Assembly: GCA_943846675.1 (NCBI GenBank)
Contig: OX044357.1
Span: 2,136,967-2,200,966, forward strand
Length of the DNA: 64,000 nt
From: an uncultured Bacteroidia bacterium
GTDB taxonomy: Bacteria; Bacteroidota; Bacteroidia; NS11-12g; UBA9320
Reading direction: 5' to 3'
A program made the translations under genes and the position numbers. Below the pieces are notes generated by a model that saw only the letters and a list, made by a program, of their open reading frames with translations, searched no databases and was not told where the DNA came from. This document shows positions 49,978 through 59,527 of the stretch, one piece after another; position 1 is the stretch's first letter; every line of letters starts with the position of its first letter.

Positions 49978-50758
49978 ATGAACCCCGAATTAATTATAGT
50001 TAGCCCTTCATATAAAGAGCACATTGCCCTCATACAGTTGAATAGACCTAAAGAGTTGAACGCACTGAATTTACAGGTAATGGGTGAAATTCGTGACGCG
50101 TTGAAAAGTGTTAGACGAAGACGATTCCGTTCGTGTGATCATCATTACTGGAAATGAACGCGCCTTCGCTGCCGGTGCCGACATTAAACAAATGGCTGGT
50201 AAAGGCGCTGTTGATATGCTAAAAATTGATCAGTTTAGTACGTGGGATCAAATTAGAAAAACTAAAAAACCCATTATCGCTGCGGTGAGCGGATTTGCTT
50301 TAGGCGGTGGCTGCGAATTGGTCATGACTTGCGACATGGTTGTAGCTTCAGAAACTGCTCAATTTGGTCAACCAGAAATAAAGATTGGCATCATGCCAGG
50401 AGCTGGTGGCACACAAAGATTGCCACGTGCCGTTGGAAAAACCCGTGCTATGGAAATGGTGCTAACAGGTAACTTCATTTCGGCAGAGGAAGCGTTAAAA
50501 TATGGATTGATTAATAAAGTAGTTCCCAAAGAAGTATATCTATCAGAAGCTGTTCGAATGGCTAAAGACATTGCTCGGCAAAGCCCGATTGCAGTGCAAT
50601 TGGCCAAAGAAAGCGTGCTTAAAGCGTACGAAATGCCTTTACAGGAGGCACTTTCATTTGAAAGAAAGAATTTTTATATGCTCTTTGCCACTGAAGATCA
50701 GAAAGAAGGCATGAATGCCTTTGTAGAAAAACGACGAGCAGATTTTAAAGGAAAATAG
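49978..50758 (+). pseudogene. Enoyl-CoA hydratase/isomerase (crotonase) family gene interrupted by a frameshift at ~50104-50110
   Basis: Frame A (49978-50107) encodes MNPELIIVSPSYKEHIALIQLNRPKELNALNLQVMGEIRDALKS, a canonical crotonase N-terminus. Frame B (50108-50758) continues LDEDDSVRVIIITGNERAFAAGADIKQM...GGGCELVMTCD..., the oxyanion-hole regions. The sum is about 259 aa, a typical crotonase length. Confidence 0.6.
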
Positions 50759-51955
50759 TTGATTTCACACAGAAACGTATTTCTGCAGCATTTGGCCCAA
50801 ACCTCAGATGCTCCTATGGCGCTTGAAATAAAAAAAGCCCAAGGAATCTACCTTATTGCAAGTGATGGCAAACGGTATGTCGATTTGATTTCTGGCATTG
50901 GTGTCAGCAATCTTGGTCATCGACACCATCGGGTAGCTCAAGCCATACGCAAACAGGTTGGAAAATACTGGCACACCATGGTTTATGGTGAGTATATACA
51001 AGCACCTCAGATTAAATTGGCACGTAAAATTGCCGGCGTTTTACCACAAAATTTAGACGCTACATACTTTGTAAACTCAGGCAGTGAAGCCATTGAAGGT
51101 GCCCTTAAGTTGGCCAAACGATATACCGGAAAAACCAAGCTCGTGGCCATGAAAAATGCATACCATGGTAGTAGTCATGGGGCTTTAAGTTTGATGAGTG
51201 ATCCTTACTTTTCAAATGCATACCGACCACTCTTACCAGAAACCTATTTTGCCAATTACAACGACACGGATAGCTTAGCGATAATCGACCATCAGACGGC
51301 AGCGGTTGTGGTTGAAATGGTGCAAGGTGAAGCTGGATACCTTCCTGGCAATAAGGCTTTTTTAGAAGCTGTGTCGCGGAAGTGTAAAGAAACTGGTGCA
51401 CTGATGATTGTAGACGAGATTCAGAGCGGTATGGGTCGTTCAGGGAAACTTTTCGCATTCGAACACTACGGTATAACGCCGGATATATTATGCGTAGCCA
51501 AAGCGTTTGGTGGTGGAATGCCGTTGGGTGCATTCATAGCCTCTCAAGAGCTTATGCATTGTCTTAGTCATGACCCCGTACTTGGCCATATAACCACTTT
51601 TGGTGGACACCCCGTTTGTTGTGCTGCTGGTTTAGAGAACTTGAACGTTCTACTTAAATCAAACTACATCTCAGCGGTAGAAGCAAAGTCAAAGCTGTTT
51701 AGAACGTTGCTTGTTCACGATGATATTAAAGAGATTACAGGTGTTGGATTTATGCTTGGTGTTCAGCTCGAAAGCAAAGAACGCTTGCATGCCGTGGTTG
51801 AGCATTGTATCCAGAATGGTGTTATCATCGACTGGTTTTTATACGCTGAAGACAAACTGAGAATTTCGCCTCCGCTGATTATCACAGAAGCGCAGATTAA
51901 GAAGGTGTGCAAGGTTATTTTGGCTGCACTTGATGCAACACAGAATACTGTTTAA
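50759..51955 (+). CDS. Class-III pyridoxal-phosphate-dependent aminotransferase (acetylornithine/GABA aminotransferase-like)
   Basis: SGSEAIEGALKLAKRYTGK, DEIQSGMGRSGKLFAFEHYG with the PLP Lys in LCVAKAFGGGMPLGA, and TFGGHP. TTG start at 50759, with an alternative ATG at 50816. Confidence 0.85.
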   Translation: MISHRNVFLQHLAQTSDAPMALEIKKAQGIYLIASDGKRYVDLISGIGVSNLGHRHHRVAQAIRKQVGKYWHTMVYGEYIQAPQIKLARKIAGVLPQNLDATYFVNSGSEAIEGALKLAKRYTGKTKLVAMKNAYHGSSHGALSLMSDPYFSNAYRPLLPETYFANYNDTDSLAIIDHQTAAVVVEMVQGEAGYLPGNKAFLEAVSRKCKETGALMIVDEIQSGMGRSGKLFAFEHYGITPDILCVAKAFGGGMPLGAFIASQELMHCLSHDPVLGHITTFGGHPVCCAAGLENLNVLLKSNYISAVEAKSKLFRTLLVHDDIKEITGVGFMLGVQLESKERLHAVVEHCIQNGVIIDWFLYAEDKLRISPPLIITEAQIKKVCKVILAALDATQNTV

Positions 51956-52033
51956 TTATTAGTGTTTAATCGTTAATGCAGTGTTAGACATAGTGACAAC
52001 AACACTACATCTGAAGTCTGAAATCTGAATTCG

Positions 52034-52735
52034 TTACCCGCCAAAGTCCAACCTAAAACCAATGGTTAAAGGAGGAAGTTCAAAGTTGATATTTTCGTTG
52101 GTTAGGTCAGATAATCGGTAGTCTGCCGTAAGTACAAACTTGTTAGACCCTATTCTTGCATGAGCAGTATAGTTGGGCCTGTTGATATAAGACAATCCCG
52201 TTAATTCAATTTTTCGTGTCTTGTGGTTAACGCTCGGATCATCAATTGTTTGCTTGGTTAATTGCTTCGTTCCCGTAACATAATCTCCACTTATCGCAAT
52301 TTCAACATAGTTACCAATCGTATTTCCACGTTTACCAAAATTAAATCTATTGGCAAATTCGAGCTCCACCGTGTTTACATTCAACCGATTGTACTTAAAA
52401 TCTTCAGCAGTTTCAAACTCAAATTGAGACATCGAATAACGCAAAGAGGCTAGTATACTGTATGGTTTTGCCACCTTATATTTATAATAAATCCCGTACG
52501 CAAACTTTGTAGATTCACCAGGTTTAAGTTGTACTGAATCTGTTTCAAGTTGTCCAGGGGTTATTCCAAAATCAAAGTAACTGGACACATAGTGTTTCCT
52601 GTTTTTCCCAAACTTTGACACCACAGTATCTTCGTTCACATCTTGCTCCAGTTCCACTACCTGTGCAGAAACTGTTGACGTTAGACAGACCGCCATGACT
52701 ATAGTTGATATTCTTATTAATCGATTCATTTTCAA
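52034..52735 (-). CDS. Hypothetical outer-membrane beta-barrel protein
   Basis: Signal peptide. Alternating-hydrophobic strands, C-terminal ...LTIGFRLDFGG. Confidence 0.4.
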   Translation of the reverse strand: MKMNRLIRISTIVMAVCLTSTVSAQVVELEQDVNEDTVVSKFGKNRKHYVSSYFDFGITPGQLETDSVQLKPGESTKFAYGIYYKYKVAKPYSILASLRYSMSQFEFETAEDFKYNRLNVNTVELEFANRFNFGKRGNTIGNYVEIAISGDYVTGTKQLTKQTIDDPSVNHKTRKIELTGLSYINRPNYTAHARIGSNKFVLTADYRLSDLTNENINFELPPLTIGFRLDFGG

Positions 52736-52744
52736 AACTTTAAC

Positions 52745-54406
52745 TTATTTACTTATTTCAACTGTTTCAACATAACCCTTATAAAAAACCCGAAGGGTAA
52801 ACGGCTTCGCATATGCTGATTTTAAGATAACAAAAGGCGAAGATGATTTTGTTCCTTTTCCTGCAAGCTCATCGTCTATATACGAAAGTCCTTCTGGGTT
52901 AACGACAAAATACTTATCTAAATACCCTTTTTCGTTTTCAACGTGATAAAATACATAGTCTGGCCAGGCGACATAATTTCCATCTATTTTGTGCGCACCT
53001 TCTGTTAATCCGTCTGCCCATCCAACAGTATCCAGTTCAATTCTAATTGAGGTGTTGTCTACATCAATTTCAAAGGTCTTTCTCGGTTTAGTTGGCATGG
53101 CAAAAAAGTAGTTTGCTTGAGGCACACCATAACCGTGAGCATAATCAAAATATGGATATAAATCTGCTGATTTCTGAATGTCTTCAAATACTTTCATGTT
53201 GGTATACGCTGGTCTAGTTTGCATTGCACAAGCTACAAAACCTGCTACTAGCGGACCACTAAAGCTTGTACCCTGGGTTTCAGAAACGCCTTTAGGTCCT
53301 GAACCAATAACATGACCGTATGCCGTCACATTTGGCTTCATTCGTTTGTCCCAAGTTGGCCCAAAAGAACTAAAAGACGTATGAATACCCGTTCGCGGGT
53401 TTATACCTCCAATAGACAGGACGCTGTCTGCATCCGCAGGAGTCCCTATGTTTTTCCAACGGTCAGTTCCTTCGTTACCGGCAGAGTTCACTACAAGTAT
53501 GCCTTTACTGGCTGCCATATTAGCGGCACGGGCGACAAGGCTTGTTACGCCATCCATATCTTCTCTAAAATAGCGATGGAAGGTATATCCCAAAGAACTA
53601 TTAATCACATCCGCACCATTTTTGTCGGCCCACTCTGCAGCGGCCAACCAATGCTCTTCTTCTGAATAAAACTCGGTCCAGGTTTCTGTTCGGGCAAGCA
53701 GAAACTCTGCGCCTGTTGCCAAGCCCATCTGTTGTCCATTTATCATTCCACCTACACAGCTCATTACAAACGTGCCATGCGTGCCACCATTCTCAACATC
53801 TTCTTTGTCTTGAACAAAATTGTATGTTTTGATAATTCTATTATCGTTCCGGATATGGTCAAAAGCTGGATTGGTTCTGTAAGACTTGAACCCAACATCA
53901 AATATGGCTACGCGAACACCCTTACCATCTACATTATTGTCTTTAAAGACAGATGCACCCATGCGTTGAACCTGTGCCTTCAATAATTCTATTTGTTCTT
54001 CATCTGGTTCGAAATCTCCGTCCATATCACTGCGAGTCATTCCAGCGGCATATTTCTCGATGTGATTGACTGTTTTCACGTCGGCTACAAATGACAAACC
54101 TTTTATGCGCTGCACTTGCTCTTCTGTTGCATCACAGCACAGGGCATTAAACCATCTGCTTGTGGCGCGAGACTTAGCACATATATTGTTCACCTGTGAC
54201 AAGTAATCTTCGCTTACCGGAACATCAGTGTAATCATATAGGTCTATAACGTGTTTTACACGTCTATCAATGGCTTTTTGATCAAAAAACGTATAGGGAT
54301 TAAACGCTTGTATGTCCGGTTTATCCTTAAAAAACACCCACACTTTGCTTTGTGCGAACGCCAAACTGTAAAGTCCAATCAGACAAACTGTTAAAATATT
54401 TCTCAT
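52745..54406 (-). CDS. Subtilisin-like serine peptidase (S8) with an N-terminal propeptide-like domain
   Basis: Asp in VAIFDVGF, His in NGGTHGTFVMS, Ser in GTSFSGPLVAG. Signal peptide present. Confidence 0.8.
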   Translation of the reverse strand: MRNILTVCLIGLYSLAFAQSKVWVFFKDKPDIQAFNPYTFFDQKAIDRRVKHVIDLYDYTDVPVSEDYLSQVNNICAKSRATSRWFNALCCDATEEQVQRIKGLSFVADVKTVNHIEKYAAGMTRSDMDGDFEPDEEQIELLKAQVQRMGASVFKDNNVDGKGVRVAIFDVGFKSYRTNPAFDHIRNDNRIIKTYNFVQDKEDVENGGTHGTFVMSCVGGMINGQQMGLATGAEFLLARTETWTEFYSEEEHWLAAAEWADKNGADVINSSLGYTFHRYFREDMDGVTSLVARAANMAASKGILVVNSAGNEGTDRWKNIGTPADADSVLSIGGINPRTGIHTSFSSFGPTWDKRMKPNVTAYGHVIGSGPKGVSETQGTSFSGPLVAGFVACAMQTRPAYTNMKVFEDIQKSADLYPYFDYAHGYGVPQANYFFAMPTKPRKTFEIDVDNTSIRIELDTVGWADGLTEGAHKIDGNYVAWPDYVFYHVENEKGYLDKYFVVNPEGLSYIDDELAGKGTKSSSPFVILKSAYAKPFTLRVFYKGYVETVEISK

Positions 54407-54409
54407 AGC

Positions 54410-55228
54410 TTAAAACCCGTTATCACCATCAATTAAATCTCCAATTCCTCCAAGAATGCTTCCCTCACCTTTTCTTTTTCCACCAGCACGTGGCGCTGCT
54501 GATATTACGCGGTTGGCAAGCCTACTAAAAGGCAAACTTTGCAACCAAATTGTACCGGGACCTTGGAGTGTTGCGTAAAACATCCCTTCACCTCCAAAAA
54601 TTGTATTCTTAATACCTCCAACAAATTGGATGTCGTAATTAACGTCTTTCGTAAAAGCAACAATACAACCTGTATCTACCTTTAACGTCTCACCCGGATT
54701 TAAGTTACGTTGAATTATAGTACCCCCGGCATGAACGAATGAAAGTCCGTCGCCTTCGAGTTTTTGCATGATAAATCCCTCACCTCCAAAAAAACCGGAA
54801 CCAAGCTTTTTTTGAAACTCTATTCCAACAGACACGCCTTTTGCTGCACATAGGAAGGCATCTTTTTGACAAATTACTTTACCACCTAAGTCAGACAAAT
54901 CAAGCGGCACAATGCGTCCTGGATACGGACTTGCAAAGGCAACCTTTGCTTTGCCAGTTCCTTGGTGCGTAAAAGCCGTCATGAATAATTTTTCGCCAGT
55001 TAATACCCGTTTGCCAGCATTAAGTAACTTATCGAAAAAGGAGTCTGTTTCACGTGCACCATCTCCAAAAATGGTTTGCATCGTAATGGTGTTGTCCATA
55101 AACATAAAGCTCCCCGGCTCGGCTACTACTGCCTCTTGTGGATCTAATTCGATTTCCACAAACTGCATCTCTTCACCGTGTATATGGTAATCAATTTCGT
55201 GTGCGTTCATGATATAATTTGTTGCCAT
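54410..55228 (-). CDS. TIGR00266/AIM24 (DUF124) family protein
   Basis: [45 protein letters not shown] is the conserved N-terminus of the AIM24/TIGR00266 family. 272 aa. Confidence 0.7.
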   Translation of the reverse strand: MATNYIMNAHEIDYHIHGEEMQFVEIELDPQEAVVAEPGSFMFMDNTITMQTIFGDGARETDSFFDKLLNAGKRVLTGEKLFMTAFTHQGTGKAKVAFASPYPGRIVPLDLSDLGGKVICQKDAFLCAAKGVSVGIEFQKKLGSGFFGGEGFIMQKLEGDGLSFVHAGGTIIQRNLNPGETLKVDTGCIVAFTKDVNYDIQFVGGIKNTIFGGEGMFYATLQGPGTIWLQSLPFSRLANRVISAAPRAGGKRKGEGSILGGIGDLIDGDNGF

Positions 55229-55289
55229 CTAAAAATATAATAGACGTAGAAATGTATTAATCGGTTAGTTAACACTAATGGTCTATAAA

Positions 55290-55508
55290 CTAACGGCGAT
55301 ATCTTCTATTCGTCCGTTTATCAAATACACCTTGTTTCACCTTCCTTTTCTTTCGTCGTTTATTTTTATCTATTGAACCACCTGTTTTTTGTGCTTCAGA
55401 AAATGCGGGACAACCTTTAGCCTTTCTTCCTCCGCACGAAGAAAGGGTTAAACCAAACGCAAAAATGAGGAGTGTAAATACAAGTGTCTTGAATTTATGC
55501 CATTGCAT
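55290..55508 (-). CDS. Small basic lipoprotein
   Basis: MQWHKFKTLVFTLLIFAFGLTLSSCGG lipobox, followed by a Lys/Arg-rich tail. Confidence 0.35.
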   Translation of the reverse strand: MQWHKFKTLVFTLLIFAFGLTLSSCGGRKAKGCPAFSEAQKTGGSIDKNKRRKKRKVKQGVFDKRTNRRYRR

Positions 55509-55536
55509 GGTCCAAATATAAAAGTTGGCATTACAT

Positions 55537-55560
55537 TGACACAATAAGTGCTTTAATTTG
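55537..55560 (+). promoter_or_regulatory. Candidate Bacteroidota sigma-A promoter (-33 TTG / -7 TAnnTTTG) for the TonB-dependent receptor gene
   Basis: TTGacacaataagtgctttaatttg has TTG at 55537-55539 and TAATTTG at 55554-55560. This is about 18 bp upstream of the ATG at 55578. The spacer is slightly short. Confidence 0.3.
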
Positions 55561-55577
55561 CGTTACAAATCAAACAG

Positions 55578-57980
55578 ATGTTAAGAAGGATGAGATGGAG
55601 TTTGTTACTTGCCTTTAGCGTATTAGGTGCTTCACAGTTGCGTGCCCAAAAAATAAAGGTCATGGATGAGTATACTGAACCTATCGACCGCGTGGAGGCG
55701 TATGTATATAGTGGCGCGAAGGATATTCAGTTTTTATCTGATTTAAATGGAATCGTTCATGTGACTATCGAAAACTTTGACTCCATCGTTTTCAGACACC
55801 AATCGCATAAAACAACTACACTATCCAAGTCCGAGCTTAAATCAAGGCGATATCACGTTACAATGCCATTTTTGGCCTACAGATACAAACCATTTGTTTT
55901 TAGGCACAATCAGGATTTCGAACTTCAGAAAGACCAGTCTACCAAACTGGTTCGGCTTACACCTAAACAAACTAAGTTTTACAACCCTCAAACTACAGCA
56001 GATTTATTAGCACTTAGTAATCAGGTATTTATACAAAAATCTCAGATGGGTGGTGGAAGCCCAATGATTCGAGGGTTTGCGGCAAACAATGTACTTATCG
56101 TTGTAGATGGTGTTAGAATGAACAACGCAATTTTTAGAGATGGAAACTTGCAAAACGTAATTACACTTGATCCAAACCTTATCGAAGAAACGCAAATAAT
56201 ATTTGGCCCCGGTTCTGTTTTCTACGGAAGTGATGCCATGGGCGGCGTTATGGCGTTTGAGACCAAAACCCCAAAAATTAAAAAGGAATCGCACTACGAA
56301 GGCAACGTAATGCTGCGCACCGCATCGGCCAATAGAGAAAACAGTTGGCATGTTGATTTGAGTTACGGAAAAGGCTCGGTTGCTGGCTTAAGCAGCATAT
56401 CCCTATCCAACTACGGCGATTTGCGCATGGGCAATAACGGACCAACAGAATACACCAGACCGAGTTACACCGAATACAACGGAAATACAGACAGCATTAT
56501 TCAGAGTAATGACCCTAATATTCAATACTTTACAGGCTACAGTCAAATAAATTTTAATCAAAAATTTAGATGGAAGTTGGACAGCATTGGAGAAATTGTA
56601 GCGCATTTTGGCTATGCTACTTCTTCACCTATTCCAAGGTACGACCGCATTATACAAGATAGAAATGGGCAACCGGTGTATGGTGATTGGCTGTATGGTC
56701 CACAGAAGTGGATTCAAATGAATGTGCGCTCAACATTCTTGTCCAAAAAAGGGCGTTTATACGACAAGGCGACATGGATAGTAGCACATCAAGCTTTCGA
56801 AGAAAGTAGGTTGGTCAGACGATTTAAAAGCTTCAATCTAGAAGAAAACAAAGAAGAAGTAAACGTGACTTCTTTCAATTTTGACTTTGACAAAAAAATA
56901 AAAAAGACCGACATCGTTTATGGTTTGGAATTTGTCACCAATTACGTTGAGTCAACAGGGAAAGGCTCCCAAATAGATTCTGGGTATTCGTACGAAATTG
57001 CCACTAGATATCCCAACGAAAGCACCATGACGACAACAGCCGGTTATGTTTCAGTAAAACGTAAACTGACTAATAAGTTGTTGTCTACCATTGGCGCTCG
57101 ATATACCCTAATCGACCTCGATGCGCCTTTCGAAAGTAGTTTTTACGACTTTCCGTTTTCAACTATTCAAATCCGCAAGTCGGCCGTGTCGGGCAGTTTT
57201 GGACTCAGACAAATGATTAACAAAACCTCGTTTGTCTATTCTAATGTAGCCACCGGATTTCGAGCCCCAAATATTGATGACATGGGGAAGATATTTGACA
57301 GCCAACCAGATCGGGTAATTGTGCCAAACGAGAAACTACAACCCGAGTATTCTTACACCGCGGAAATTGGTGCGCATATGAAGGTGTTCAAGCAAATGGA
57401 AATCTTGCTAAATGGTTATTATACCATTATCGACAATGTGATAACCCGTGCAGATTACACGTTAAATGGTGAAGACAGTTTACTTTACGGAGGTGAAATG
57501 TTGCGTATACAGTCTTTGGTGAATAATGATGAAGGTGTAGTGAAAGGCCTTGAAATTCAGGTGAAGACGGAGATTACACAAAACATAGATTTCAAAACTG
57601 CGTACAACTTGATTTCTGGAGAAACCAGTGACGGACAGCCTTTGCGTCACGTGGCACCAAACTTTGGTAACTCGAGTGTGGAATGGCGAAAGGGAAAGTT
57701 TAAATTGATTGCTTACGCGAATTATAACGCCGAGTTAAGTCACGACAAACTTGCTGAATCTGAAAAATCGAAAATACATCTCTATGCAAAAGATGCGAAT
57801 GGGTTGCCTTATTCTCCAGCGTGGTATACGATAAACGTAAAAACCGGTGTCACATTTTCAAATGCATTAAAACTTAATGTGGGGCTAGAAAATATATTGA
57901 ACAAACGCTACAGACCATACAGTAGTGGTATTTCTGCACCAGGGCGTAACTTGACTATTTCGTTGTACGGAAGGTTCTAG
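55578..57980 (+). CDS. TonB-dependent outer-membrane receptor
   Basis: Signal peptide, an N-terminal extension, then a plug domain (...IRGFAANNVLIVVDGVRMNNAIFRDGNLQNV...IFGPGSVFYGSDAMGGVMAFET) and a beta-barrel ending ...RNLTISLYGRF. Confidence 0.8.
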   Translation: MLRRMRWSLLLAFSVLGASQLRAQKIKVMDEYTEPIDRVEAYVYSGAKDIQFLSDLNGIVHVTIENFDSIVFRHQSHKTTTLSKSELKSRRYHVTMPFLAYRYKPFVFRHNQDFELQKDQSTKLVRLTPKQTKFYNPQTTADLLALSNQVFIQKSQMGGGSPMIRGFAANNVLIVVDGVRMNNAIFRDGNLQNVITLDPNLIEETQIIFGPGSVFYGSDAMGGVMAFETKTPKIKKESHYEGNVMLRTASANRENSWHVDLSYGKGSVAGLSSISLSNYGDLRMGNNGPTEYTRPSYTEYNGNTDSIIQSNDPNIQYFTGYSQINFNQKFRWKLDSIGEIVAHFGYATSSPIPRYDRIIQDRNGQPVYGDWLYGPQKWIQMNVRSTFLSKKGRLYDKATWIVAHQAFEESRLVRRFKSFNLEENKEEVNVTSFNFDFDKKIKKTDIVYGLEFVTNYVESTGKGSQIDSGYSYEIATRYPNESTMTTTAGYVSVKRKLTNKLLSTIGARYTLIDLDAPFESSFYDFPFSTIQIRKSAVSGSFGLRQMINKTSFVYSNVATGFRAPNIDDMGKIFDSQPDRVIVPNEKLQPEYSYTAEIGAHMKVFKQMEILLNGYYTIIDNVITRADYTLNGEDSLLYGGEMLRIQSLVNNDEGVVKGLEIQVKTEITQNIDFKTAYNLISGETSDGQPLRHVAPNFGNSSVEWRKGKFKLIAYANYNAELSHDKLAESEKSKIHLYAKDANGLPYSPAWYTINVKTGVTFSNALKLNVGLENILNKRYRPYSSGISAPGRNLTISLYGRF

Positions 57981-58018
57981 GGCACCAAACTAACTCTCGA
58001 TTCCGTTATCTTTGTACT

Positions 58019-58672
58019 ATGCGTTTAAAGCAGCTCACATATATTACTTTGCTTGTTGTTGGATTAGCGTGTTCTACTTCACAGGCTCAAGCTCAAATTA
58101 TTAATGGTTTCGGTATCGCAACTGGTATCAATTACGGAGAATCTGTAATTAAAGAAACCTTCACATCCAATGGTGTGGATTATAACTATGCGAGTGATGA
58201 AGCTGATGTTGCGATAACTTGGGGAATTTTCGGCCGTTTTAAGGTGACTAAATTCATTTTCCAACCGCAACTGATGGCGAGCAATTACAACACTAAAATG
58301 CGTTTAAGCTCCCCTGAGTTTGATTCCATTTTGACCCTTAAACAAAATCGTTTCGACATTCCACTGTTGTTTGGTTACGCACCAACCAAGCATACACGTT
58401 TATTGCTCGGACCAGTATACACAAGAATGTTGGAGAACAAAGTTCAAACTGATAAGTTTTTGTTTGAAGAATCTAAGTTTCTGTTTAGAGGCGGCACCTG
58501 GGCCCTACAAATGGGTTTTGGTTTTGATATGGGCAGACTGGCCATTGACTGCAAGTACGAAACAAGCTTAGGTCGGATTGCCGATGGTGTTGTACTTCGT
58601 GGGCAGGACTTTGACTTCGACCACAGAAACAATACTGTTCAAGTGGTTTTGGGTTATGATTTTATTAAGTAG
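58019..58672 (+). CDS. Outer-membrane beta-barrel (porin-family-like) protein
   Basis: Signal peptide ...ACSTSQAQAQ. Beta-strand periodicity, C-terminal ...VVLGYDFIK. Confidence 0.5.
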   Translation: MRLKQLTYITLLVVGLACSTSQAQAQIINGFGIATGINYGESVIKETFTSNGVDYNYASDEADVAITWGIFGRFKVTKFIFQPQLMASNYNTKMRLSSPEFDSILTLKQNRFDIPLLFGYAPTKHTRLLLGPVYTRMLENKVQTDKFLFEESKFLFRGGTWALQMGFGFDMGRLAIDCKYETSLGRIADGVVLRGQDFDFDHRNNTVQVVLGYDFIK

Positions 58673-58694
58673 TTAGCTACAGCAACCTTTAGGT

Positions 58695-59495
58695 TTGACT
58701 GCACTCCCATCCACTTCCCTAAACCAATATTTCACAGACTTCTCGTCTGACATTACTGGTATCGAATTACCCAAAAAGTTCACCTACCCGTTTGACTACA
58801 AGCCACATCAACTTTCTGAATTGGCTTGCAATGAGGTTAAGCAGTTTCTTGAAACACAAACCGAGATCAACCACAACTTCGGTCTACGCTCTGGGCAAGA
58901 AGGACAAATCATTGGAAAAATGTTTGGCGTTTTGGTTGTCCAAAAACTGACCGGCGAAATAGGCTATTTGGCTGCCTTTTCTGGAAAAGTTGCTGGCAGG
59001 AATCATCATGCTCATTTTGTACCTCCTGTTTTTGATGGATTGACGGAAGGTAGCTTTGTAAATGTGGGCATGACGGAATTAACCAACATTAACAACGAGT
59101 TAGCGCAGTTACAGAAAGATTCGAGTGCTTCAGGTAAAAAAGCCGTTTCGCATTTAATCGCGCATCGGACGCAACACTGTAACGACATTTTAAACGGAAT
59201 TATTGACAGCTACCATTTTCTAAATATTGCCAAAACAGCTAAAGGACTGCGAGAAATCTTTGATGAAAAAGTCGGCAAAAACCCTCCTGGTGGTGCTGGT
59301 GAATGCGCCTTACCCAAACTACTTCAATTTGCCTTCATTCATGATCTAAAACCAATAGCCATGGCAGAGTTCTGGTGGGGGAAATCACCCAAAGGAAGGT
59401 ATATGGAACATGGGGCTTATTATCCCGCTTGTCTCGACAAATGCAAACCTATATTAACGCATATGCTCGATGGGATTGAATTTGACAATGTTTAA
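58695..59495 (+). CDS. Hypothetical protein
   Basis: 266 aa, no signal peptide. It contains GKMFGVLVV but no confidently recognised catalytic motif. Confidence 0.3.
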   Translation: MTALPSTSLNQYFTDFSSDITGIELPKKFTYPFDYKPHQLSELACNEVKQFLETQTEINHNFGLRSGQEGQIIGKMFGVLVVQKLTGEIGYLAAFSGKVAGRNHHAHFVPPVFDGLTEGSFVNVGMTELTNINNELAQLQKDSSASGKKAVSHLIAHRTQHCNDILNGIIDSYHFLNIAKTAKGLREIFDEKVGKNPPGGAGECALPKLLQFAFIHDLKPIAMAEFWWGKSPKGRYMEHGAYYPACLDKCKPILTHMLDGIEFDNV

Positions 59496-59527
59496 TTATC
59501 AATTATCAATTTACGAGATCGATAACT

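Noticed and set aside
58695-59495. Tentative idea that the 266 aa protein is an RluA-type pseudouridine synthase, based on a GKMFGVLVV motif
   Set aside because: The catalytic HRLD/TSG motif of the RluA family is not present, so the assignment is unsupported. It is left as hypothetical.
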